This document shows positions 8,777-16,937 of a DNA stretch of 64,000 nucleotides, in pieces. Below the pieces are notes generated by a model. It was given only the letters and a program-made list of their open reading frames with translations, was not told where the DNA came from and ran no database searches. Every line of letters begins with the position of its first letter. Position 1 is the stretch's first letter. Source of the stretch: Lysobacterales bacterium (GTDB taxonomy: Bacteria; Pseudomonadota; Gammaproteobacteria; Xanthomonadales; SZUA-5); the NCBI GenBank assembly GCA_022844165.1, contig JALHMH010000001.1, positions 96,001 through 160,000 of the forward strand, written 5' to 3'. The position numbers were made by a program, and so were the translations under genes.

Positions 8777-11656
8777 ATGTGGCGATTTGGGGTGATGGCG
8801 ACGTTGTTCAGTGCAGCGGCGCTGGCTGGACCGGCGGTTAAGAATGAGGGTAACCTCGAAGTCACGGTGGCACGAGAAGTGCACCGGGATGTGTCGCGTC
8901 CGATGCGCGATATCGTGGCCGAAATGGGCCCGACGCGCCAGACCGACCCAAGCGACAACATCGTGCCGAATCAGATTCTCGATTTCGCCGATTTGCATCC
9001 AGTTCGCGAAGATGGTGAGTTCACGAGCGCTCAGCGCGCACCCTCGGGCGATCCAATGCCGGCGACCTCCGTGCAGTTCAATGCGCTGCGCATTGGCCTG
9101 GGTGGTGGCGGGGTGCCGCCCGATACCACCGGTGAAGTCGGACCCAATCACTATTTCCAGTGGGTCAACACCTCATGGGCCCTGTTTTCCAAGACGGATG
9201 GCTCGCTCCTGAGCGGACCCACGCCCGGCAATTCGTTTTTCGCCGGTTTCGGTGGCCTGTGCCAGAGCACCAATCGCGGCGATCCGCTGGTGCTGTTCGA
9301 CGATATCGCACAGCGCTGGATTGTCAGCCAGTTTGCTTTCACCGCCATCGCCACGGCGCCGTGGCTGCAGTGTGTCGCGGTGTCGACGTCAGCCGATCCG
9401 CTTGGCACCTATAACCGCTATGCCTTCTCCTATCCGTCATTCAATGACTACGGCAAGATGGGCGTGTGGGTCAGCAATGATGGCTCGCAAAATGCCTATG
9501 TGTTTACGATGCATGAGTTCAACACGGCGTCGAGCTTTGTCGGTGCGTCGTTTGCACTGGTGGAGCGCGATCGCATGTTGAATGGGCAGTCGGCGCAGTT
9601 TATCCGCGTCGGCGGTATTTCGGCATTTGGTGCGATTCCGTTTCATCTGGAGGGCGTCAATCCAATGCCAGCCGGCGCCTGCCCGATGTTTGTGCACTTC
9701 CAATCCAATGGCAGCGGCTATCGAATTTGGGATATGTGCGTAGATTGGGCGGCCGGGACAACCAGCTTCGTCAACGCGCCGACGCTGCTGGCTTCGAACC
9801 CGTTTACGCTTGGTCTGGCAGGCATCCCGCAGCTGAGTGCCACACAGCGGCTCGATGACTTCGGCGGCAACACCATGTACCTGGCGGCTTTGCGATCCTT
9901 CGGTCCGAACGGTCCTCGTGAGGCGCGCGGCGTGATCCACCACGCGGTTGATGTGGGCGCCGATCAGGCAGGTGCGCGATGGATCGAGTTCGGGTTCACC
10001 TCTTCGGCCACTCAGGGATCGGGCGATGCGCTGTTCAGCAGCGGCTTTGAGGATGTGACACCCAGCCCGGCAGCGGCGACCGCGCTGAACAAGCGCATCG
10101 TCGATCAAGGCACCTATGCGCCGGACACCACAAGCCGCTGGATGGGCGGCGTCAACATCGACGCCAACGGCAATCTCGCGATGGGTTACAACGCATCGAG
10201 CAGCGCGGTCAATCCTGAAGTTCGGTACACCGGGCGGCTGCGAACGGATTCGGCCGGCACGATGCGCGACGAAGTGACCTGCACGCCAGCGAATACCGGC
10301 GCACAGACCGGAACTTTCAGTGGGCGCGCGCGTTGGGGCGACTACGCAACGATGTCGGTGGATCCTTCGAATCAATGCACCTTCTGGTTCACCAACGAGT
10401 TCTATGCAACAACATCCTTCAGCACTTGGAATACGCGTGTTTGCGCGTTTACGTTCCCAAGTTGTGGTCAACCTGATTTCGTTTTGGAGGTTGGGGACGT
10501 CGCCGCCTGCGGCACCGGCGCCAACGCAGCAACCTCCACCGTTCGGGTTGGTGCGCTCGGTGGTTTCAGTGGCAGCGTAGCGCTTTCCGCCGGAACCCTG
10601 CCTGGCGGCGTCACCGCATCGTTCGCGCCGACGAGCATCGGCGCAGGCGCAACCGCAACCGCGTCGCTCAATGGCGCGAACGCGCTGGCGCCGGGTAGTT
10701 ATCCGTTCACCCTGAACGGCGCTTCCGCTCCGCTGAATCGCACGGGTCAAGGGAACATTGTCGTTTCGGCTGATTCGCCAGCGGCACCTGCTCTGACCGC
10801 GCCAGCCGATGCCACGACAACGTTCGCCATACGCCCCACCTTTACCTGGGCGGCCAGCGCGGGCGCGCTGAGTTACATCGTAGACGTTGCGACCGACGCG
10901 GCGTTCAACAACATCGTGTTCAGCGGCACGACCACCACGACATCGCTGACGAGTTCTGTCGCGCTGACGTCTGGCACCACCTATCGCTGGCGCGTACGCA
11001 GTCGCAACAGCTGCGGCGACGTGACGTCGGCCGTCCGTCAGTTCACCGTCGGCACGCCCGGTGCATGCCCTGCCGGCACCACGCTCACGAGCGCCTTCAG
11101 CGACGATGTACAAGGCGATACCGTGGCTTGGGTCACCGCGTCGGTCTCTGGCGATGCAGGCACGGCATGGTCAAAACGTATTCCGCCTGCCAATACTGGC
11201 TTGCCAACGCGCGCATGGTATGCGGGAAATTCCGGTACCACCGCCGATCAGCGCTTGACCTCGCCGACGATCAATCTGCCGCCCGCAGCACAACGGCCGA
11301 TCTTCCTGAGCTTCGATGCGTATCACCAATATGAGGTCGATGGCAGCACCGATTGCTGGGATGGCGGACATGTCGAAATCAGCGTCAACGGCGGCGCATT
11401 TACGCCGCTCGGCAATGCACGCAATCTGACCGATCCTTACCTCGGTACGCTATCGACCGGTAATCCTGCGCAGGGAACCGAGGCCTGGTGTCGACAACCC
11501 GTCGCTGCTACGGCCATCCGCACGCGCTTCCTGCTCGACGAATTCGCCGGGCAAGCCGTGCAACTGCGCTTCCGCTCGACGGCCGACAGCAATACCGTTG
11601 GCGATGTACCCAACGGGTGGGGCATCGACAATATCGCCGTCGAAGGTTGCCAATAA
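8777..11656 (+). CDS. Large secreted multidomain beta-rich protein (putative beta-propeller + Ig/Fn3-like + C-terminal jelly-roll)
   Basis: Signal peptide; PPDTTGEVGPNHY.QWVN and RWGDY motifs; Fn3-like TFTW..Y.V..TYRWRVRS.N; C-terminal WDGG.VEIS.NGG...QLRFR...GWGIDNI. Confidence 0.75.
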   Translation: MWRFGVMATLFSAAALAGPAVKNEGNLEVTVAREVHRDVSRPMRDIVAEMGPTRQTDPSDNIVPNQILDFADLHPVREDGEFTSAQRAPSGDPMPATSVQFNALRIGLGGGGVPPDTTGEVGPNHYFQWVNTSWALFSKTDGSLLSGPTPGNSFFAGFGGLCQSTNRGDPLVLFDDIAQRWIVSQFAFTAIATAPWLQCVAVSTSADPLGTYNRYAFSYPSFNDYGKMGVWVSNDGSQNAYVFTMHEFNTASSFVGASFALVERDRMLNGQSAQFIRVGGISAFGAIPFHLEGVNPMPAGACPMFVHFQSNGSGYRIWDMCVDWAAGTTSFVNAPTLLASNPFTLGLAGIPQLSATQRLDDFGGNTMYLAALRSFGPNGPREARGVIHHAVDVGADQAGARWIEFGFTSSATQGSGDALFSSGFEDVTPSPAAATALNKRIVDQGTYAPDTTSRWMGGVNIDANGNLAMGYNASSSAVNPEVRYTGRLRTDSAGTMRDEVTCTPANTGAQTGTFSGRARWGDYATMSVDPSNQCTFWFTNEFYATTSFSTWNTRVCAFTFPSCGQPDFVLEVGDVAACGTGANAATSTVRVGALGGFSGSVALSAGTLPGGVTASFAPTSIGAGATATASLNGANALAPGSYPFTLNGASAPLNRTGQGNIVVSADSPAAPALTAPADATTTFAIRPTFTWAASAGALSYIVDVATDAAFNNIVFSGTTTTTSLTSSVALTSGTTYRWRVRSRNSCGDVTSAVRQFTVGTPGACPAGTTLTSAFSDDVQGDTVAWVTASVSGDAGTAWSKRIPPANTGLPTRAWYAGNSGTTADQRLTSPTINLPPAAQRPIFLSFDAYHQYEVDGSTDCWDGGHVEISVNGGAFTPLGNARNLTDPYLGTLSTGNPAQGTEAWCRQPVAATAIRTRFLLDEFAGQAVQLRFRSTADSNTVGDVPNGWGIDNIAVEGCQ

Positions 11657-11666
11657 CCAACAAAGA

Positions 11667-11692
11667 CGGGGCGGGCCTCCGGGTCCGCCCCG
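11667..11692. terminator. GC-rich hairpin, probable terminator
   Basis: CGGGGCGGGCC-TCCG-GGTCCGCCCCG about 10 nt after the stop codon; weak U-tract. Confidence 0.5.
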
Positions 11693-11984
11693 CATCCACT
11701 CCTGGTTTGTAAAGCCCAAGTACGTCGCGCAATTCGATAGCGAGTAGCGATCCATACGATCGGCGTAATTGGCTCAAGCGATCGGCTTGCCAAACACGGT
11801 CAGTCGGATCGAGCAGCACGGCTTTGTCGGCTGATGCGTAGGCGCCGGTATCGGTCACAACTACGTTCCCGGCCGCTATGACCAGATGCAGGCGTACGAT
11901 CCAGCCTCTCGCTCATAGCGGCACCGCGGCGCGTGCGCCTCGCGCGGGGCTATCATCGGGTTGACTTTCGATCGACTGGTGACC

Positions 11985-13787
11985 ATGCGCGCCCTTTACT
12001 CACTTGCCTTCGCCTTACTGATGTCGAATCCGGTCGTAGCAAGCGAGTCGACAAAGGAGGTCGAGGAAGATTCCAAAGTCCCAATGGCGTTTGTCGAGGC
12101 ACTGACCTCAAGCAACGAGCAATCGATGGATGCCAGGCTGGCGCAATGGGTCGACAGCGCGGACGACGCGGCGCTGCGGCAGTTGGTACCTGAGGGAGAC
12201 GCGCAGGAGTCCGCGTTGTTCCAGGCGTTGACATGGGTTCTTGTGACGGCAGACGGCTCGCCTCCAACGCAAGCGTCGCTGACGATCGATGACGTGTTCG
12301 CGCGAATTCCCGAAGTGGCGCAAAGCGGGCCGTGGCTCGCCCTGGCGGCGCAAGCGCAGCTTTTGAACGGCCAAATGGATCGGGCACTCGCGAGTGCAAG
12401 AGCGGCTCTTGCTGCTGGCGGGACGCTGTGCACCGATCGTTGCTCGGATCTGGTCGAAGTGTGGCTGAAAACTGGCACCGTTCCGGCCATTGGTGAATGG
12501 CCGAGAATGTCGGTTCCGACAGTTTACAACCCGATGCAGGCGCAGTGCGAATCAGCCAGCGGCGGCGATCCGTTCGAGGCTGCGGTAGTTCGCGGCAATC
12601 TCGGCGTTGACGGCGAGTTGGCGCTGCGATTGCGCCGACAGTGGTCCGCCGCACTGAACGGCTGCGTCGACCATAGCGACTACCAACTCGATGAACTGGT
12701 CAAAGAGCGCTTTCCAGCGATGATGGCGCAACGCTCCTATACGGACGCGCTGCGGTCGTTGTCGAGTGATCTGCCGGCGTCGATTCAATTTCTTGGAGTC
12801 GATCTGCCGCTGCCAGCGAGCGAGTGCGATTTCTCGGGCAATGCCGATTGCGGAACCACCAAGGCACTGAGTCGCGAAACCGCCACAGCGTTGACACAAG
12901 TGCTGCGCAGTTTCTTGACGAACGGTGGCACTTGCCCTGAACCACTTAGTGAGACCGATTCGAAGAAACGCGAAGCGCTCGAAGCGCAGCTGGAAAAGGC
13001 ACTTAAGGCGCTCGATGCGCGCCCCGCGATGGAGCGCTTGAAGGGCACCCAGGCCATCCTCGGCGACGCACGCTTCAGATCGCTCTGGTCGCGACACGTT
13101 CAGTACGCCGTGGTCTGGCGCTTGCAAGCAGCGATGCCTGGCCCAACGGCTGCGCTCGCGTTGGACATCACCCAGGCGTGGAACGACAAGCTGGCCGTGG
13201 AAGTCCGCGAATCGACGTCGATCAAAGATCTCTTGGCCACACTTCTGGTGCGCAACGGCAAGGCCAATCTGGCGCTCGCGGAATTGGAATCGGCGCAACT
13301 GCGTAGCGCCGATGCAAGCCGGGCACTGACCATCAGTCGGCTGCGCGCCGCGGCTGCCGGCGCAGCCGTTCCGCTGCCCGAAACCCAGATCGCCAGGCCT
13401 TGGACGCTAGAGCCGTACGGAAATGAGTATCCGTTTCGCAACGAGATCAGCGATGCCGACATCGCATTTGTCGCTGGCGGCATGCGCGCTTACGCGCGCC
13501 ACGCGTTGGCCCAGTATTGGGCGCAAGCTCTGAGTTCTTCAGAACCACACAAGCCGCTGATCGCCATATTGGAGGAAGCCTATGGCAGCGAAGCGCTTCT
13601 CGATATGGGCGCAAAGGCAGTCGACAGCGCGGTACTGGATGGCGACGCGCATCTGGTATTCGATGGGGTTCACCTGCCGCTGCCGAATGCGTATATCGAA
13701 TGCGATGAAGAGGAGTGCTCAGATGAGCAAACCTGGACGAAAGCGAAAACCGAGCAGGCGATGCGCAGAGCGGGTATGTTGCAGTGA
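11985..13787 (+). CDS. Hypothetical secreted protein with TPR-like helices and internal duplication
   Basis: Signal peptide; two TPR-like stretches; FLGVDLPLP and FDGVHLPLP each followed by a Cys pair. Confidence 0.7.
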   Translation: MRALYSLAFALLMSNPVVASESTKEVEEDSKVPMAFVEALTSSNEQSMDARLAQWVDSADDAALRQLVPEGDAQESALFQALTWVLVTADGSPPTQASLTIDDVFARIPEVAQSGPWLALAAQAQLLNGQMDRALASARAALAAGGTLCTDRCSDLVEVWLKTGTVPAIGEWPRMSVPTVYNPMQAQCESASGGDPFEAAVVRGNLGVDGELALRLRRQWSAALNGCVDHSDYQLDELVKERFPAMMAQRSYTDALRSLSSDLPASIQFLGVDLPLPASECDFSGNADCGTTKALSRETATALTQVLRSFLTNGGTCPEPLSETDSKKREALEAQLEKALKALDARPAMERLKGTQAILGDARFRSLWSRHVQYAVVWRLQAAMPGPTAALALDITQAWNDKLAVEVRESTSIKDLLATLLVRNGKANLALAELESAQLRSADASRALTISRLRAAAAGAAVPLPETQIARPWTLEPYGNEYPFRNEISDADIAFVAGGMRAYARHALAQYWAQALSSSEPHKPLIAILEEAYGSEALLDMGAKAVDSAVLDGDAHLVFDGVHLPLPNAYIECDEEECSDEQTWTKAKTEQAMRRAGMLQ

Positions 13788-13798
13788 GGAACGGATAG

Positions 13799-14047
13799 TT
13801 GGATCGTCGTCGTCGACAATTGCTGCTGGCGACAGGGGCACTGGCAGCCTGCAGCCAGCCGCGCAATCGCGACATCCTGATCCACGATGTCAGCCAGATC
13901 GAAGCCTTCAAGGTAGCGTCCGTCGTCCGACCCACCAGCAGCGCTGAGATCGCAGCGCGATTGCGCGAATGGCGCGGCCCAGTCTCGATTGGTGGCGGTC
14001 GTTTCAGCATGGGCGGACAGGAAGTGCGTTTCTCGGCAACGCGCTAG
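13799..14047 (+). pseudogene. Truncated Tat/lipoprotein FAD-binding (PCMH-type) oxidoreductase
   Basis: RRRQLL twin-arginine signal with LAAC; VVRP.S..EI...VSIGGGRFSMGGQ FAD-binding start; similarity ends at 14020 where the repeat element begins. Confidence 0.75.
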
Positions 14048-14048
14048 A
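14017..14048 (+). mobile_element. Right-end fragment of MITE-like element (copy A)
   Basis: ACAGGAAGTGCGTTTCTCGGCAACGCGCTAGA, 29/32 identical to 33070-33101. Confidence 0.7.
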
Positions 14049-14074
14049 GACAGCCAAAATCTGCCATTGATGGC

Positions 14075-14326
14075 GCAGAACGCAGCACCGACGACTAGAC
14101 CACGCGCCGCCGATGTCCGAAAACGCGTCGTTGTTCGTAGTCGGCGCGCCACCGGTGCCCCGAAACGCGTCATCGACGTCCGCCAATGCGCCATCCACCT
14201 CGCTCGCCGGCGTCATCGATCCCGCGAAACGCGGCATCGGTGGCGCGAACCGAGATACGGCTGACCCAATTCGCGCCATCGCCGCCGCGAAACACGCCAG
14301 CGGCGACTCGCAAACCGCCGTCGTTT
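14075..14326. repeat. Degenerate 21-bp tandem array (~12 units)
   Basis: Recurring AAACGCGYCATCG-like core at a 21-nt period, e.g. units at 14117, 14159, 14180, 14222, 14285. Confidence 0.7.
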
Positions 14327-14495
14327 CTGGAGCTTTCCATCCGCGGTGCCGCTGAATTTGCGCATTTCCCGACGAACGGTCGTTTCCTGTCTCACGATAT
14401 GAGACGGGCGAGCGTTCAAATGTCACCCGTGCCGAGTTGGCACGCCTCTTCGGCGATGGCGCCGGGGAGTACTGAAGATGACATGGAGAAATACA

Positions 14496-14966
14496 ATGCA
14501 GAACTTCGCTACCTTGAACCTGAGCCAAGAGCAATTCGCCCTGATCGATCAGGCGTTGACGCAACTGGAAGAGCAGATGTCCAGCTTGCAGGCCTTCACC
14601 CCCGCCGACAAGGCGCGGATGGTGAAACTCGGAGACCGCTCCGAGGCCTTCTGTCGCCAATCGCTGCAGATGCTCGCGGACAACCCGCAAATCATCCCAC
14701 CCAACATCGATGTCGCCGATGCGGTGAACGATTTGCAGTCCCGCGATCGGCTGCTGCCTCGCTTGGGTCGCCTGGAACGCCTGCTGCAACGCGGCAACGA
14801 CACCGCAATGGCCTTAGGTGGCGATGCGATGAGCGTTGCGATGCAAGGTTACGGCCTGCTCAAACTCGTTGGCCGTAGCGAAGGCCTGGATGTGCTGAGA
14901 CGCGATCTCGGCAACCGCTTCAGCAAGTCCCGGCGAGCGGGAGCGGAGGAGAAGAAAGCCGCGTAG
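14496..14966 (+). CDS. Conserved helical hypothetical protein (Xanthomonadales-type family)
   Basis: GGAG RBS; KLGDRSEAFCRQ..LADNP.IIP and ALGGDAM..AMQGY.LLK..G.SEGLD motifs recalled from a widespread uncharacterised family. Confidence 0.8.
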   Translation: MQNFATLNLSQEQFALIDQALTQLEEQMSSLQAFTPADKARMVKLGDRSEAFCRQSLQMLADNPQIIPPNIDVADAVNDLQSRDRLLPRLGRLERLLQRGNDTAMALGGDAMSVAMQGYGLLKLVGRSEGLDVLRRDLGNRFSKSRRAGAEEKKAA

Positions 14967-14988
14967 CGAATCCGCTAACGCAACAACC

Positions 14989-15015
14989 AAAAAACCGCCG
15001 CAAGGCGGTTTTTTT
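14989..15015. terminator. Bidirectional rho-independent terminator
   Basis: AAAAAACCGCC-GCAA-GGCGGTTTTTTT. Confidence 0.92.
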
Positions 15016-15244
15016 GTGGGCGAAGACAGGAGGGTGCCGACACGAATCATCGGTGAATGACCCGAGAGCGCGGGCGCCATCAATGGCGCTCCTGCAGTAT
15101 CAGGGCTGCGTAGTGGCGCGATTCATCGCGCCCGGCGTCCGTGAGGTCGAACCAGTTGCTGGACAATTCGTTCTGCTTCGATAACAGTCTCCCGGATCAC
15201 GACCGGCTCACAGCAAACCGTCTCGGTCCGATAACTTTCCGAAG

Positions 15245-16846
15245 ATGACCCTAAATATGAAAAAAGCCGCACAAGGCCGCAAGAACAATTTCGTAGGTGT
15301 GAGCACAGAGAGCTTGGTTCGAGGCCAGTTCCAACTTTGGGAATGGAGTTCGAATAAACCCGAGCCGGACGAAGGTGTTGACCTCGTCGTTCAGACGACT
15401 GCTCCAGACTCTGCACCCGGTGCAGTGATTGCAGCACAGATAAAATCGATGCGTGCCAAGAAGGCTTCTGTCACGCTGGAACACGCAGCGGCGTGTCGAT
15501 TGCGCGACCAGCCGCTCCCGGCTTTCCTGTTTGCTTACGATCGGCACGCAAACCAGATTTATTGGGTATACCTCGAGCCCTTGTTTCGAACTAATCAGCA
15601 GTTCTTGAAAGGCAACCCGTTGCGTGTGCAGTTGGACGAAGCATCCAGATTCGCTCATCTCGCGCAAACGTGCCCGGAAAAGCTCTGGGATGCCTTGAAC
15701 GAAGCAAAAGCCCGTGGAGCCTTGAAGCTAGCACCCCGGCTCAGCGGACATGCTTCGGAATTGGAAACGTACTATGCGGAAGTCGATCCTCGTCTTCGTG
15801 TGAAGGCTACGCTGACGGAGCGTGGGGAGAGGTATGCGATTTACGCGAAGGACGAACCGGTCCCTCTGACGTTTCACATCAAAACCTCCAAACCTACGGG
15901 AGTTCGGATTCGCGATCTTTTCGAATGGGGAGGCAGCCTCGATCTCCCAGGCTCATTGACTATGGAGGGTTCAAGAGTCGTCGAAGATATCTTTGGTCCT
16001 GGAGCGGTAGGGCAGCTAACTATCCTGGCGTCGCCGATCTGGACTGGCCGCGGGATTGTCAATATCGGTTCTGAACAAGCGCTACTTCTGTCAGTGAGTC
16101 ACCACCAGGGGAAGGCCGGTGCCGAATGGATTTTCGCAACCGACGGGGACCTTCTGGTCTGTCGCTGCAGATTCACGTTCGGCATGGTCAACGACGAGCC
16201 CATGACCGCCAACATCACGATTGATTTCGACAAGATCCTCGCGGGCTCTGCCGATGATCTTTACAAGTTACGTGGCATCAGCGCGCTGTTGCACTCCAGA
16301 GAAAAAGGGTTATCCCCTCAACTGATGCTACTTCAGCATCCGACCATTCGCCGAAGCATCACGCTACCATCGCAATCTATTGCCGACGCTGCGTTTCGAA
16401 GCCATCTTCGAACGATAGAGGCCTTAGAGTCGCTGTCTTGGGTCGCGGACTTCTGTTCGATCAAACTCGATCGAGAACCACTCGGTGATCTGGAGTTCGA
16501 AGAGATTGAAAGCTGGCTTGCTGCATCAGCGTTGGTGCGCGGTGAGCGTCTCGCGCTGGATCGTGCGACCGCGCGCTTTGAGTTCGATCTCTCGGCGGAC
16601 GAACTAGCCGTCAAGTTTCATTCGGGGTGGGCTCTCGTCCTTCAAACGGCGTGGCTGGTTCGACTTCGAGGTCGAGTGATTGCCGAGATACCGATACGGA
16701 TGGATTTCATCAACTACGATTTCAACATCGATTCCACCGAGCAAGGATCCGCAGCTATCGCACGGCCGCGAGGTGATTCCTCGGCGCGGTATATGTCCAT
16801 TTGGTCTGACAGTCCACCGCTGAGTGCAGCTCTACAAACCGACTAA
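15245..16846 (+). CDS. DUF4365-like (PD-(D/E)xK fold) domain protein
   Basis: N-terminal PDEGVDLVVQ...AAQIKS and FLFAYD...IYWV; visibly lower GC than flanks. Confidence 0.7.
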   Translation: MTLNMKKAAQGRKNNFVGVSTESLVRGQFQLWEWSSNKPEPDEGVDLVVQTTAPDSAPGAVIAAQIKSMRAKKASVTLEHAAACRLRDQPLPAFLFAYDRHANQIYWVYLEPLFRTNQQFLKGNPLRVQLDEASRFAHLAQTCPEKLWDALNEAKARGALKLAPRLSGHASELETYYAEVDPRLRVKATLTERGERYAIYAKDEPVPLTFHIKTSKPTGVRIRDLFEWGGSLDLPGSLTMEGSRVVEDIFGPGAVGQLTILASPIWTGRGIVNIGSEQALLLSVSHHQGKAGAEWIFATDGDLLVCRCRFTFGMVNDEPMTANITIDFDKILAGSADDLYKLRGISALLHSREKGLSPQLMLLQHPTIRRSITLPSQSIADAAFRSHLRTIEALESLSWVADFCSIKLDREPLGDLEFEEIESWLAASALVRGERLALDRATARFEFDLSADELAVKFHSGWALVLQTAWLVRLRGRVIAEIPIRMDFINYDFNIDSTEQGSAAIARPRGDSSARYMSIWSDSPPLSAALQTD

Positions 16847-16937
16847 AGATGCTTTTGGTCATCGGTCGACACCGCGAAACGCATGTGCAACGGATTGGCC
16901 TAAAAAGTCGCGAATCACAGCTGGATTCTTGCCCAAA

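Noticed and set aside
9437-11113. Long antisense ORFs (also 25756-27345, 54868-56256, 22734-23747, 62306-63313)
   Set aside because: They lie opposite well-supported genes and are expected from high-GC codon bias; no motifs
14075-14326. CRISPR array or TIGR-type array
   Set aside because: No invariant repeat alternating with unique spacers, the 21-nt period is too short, and no cas or Tas-like gene is visible
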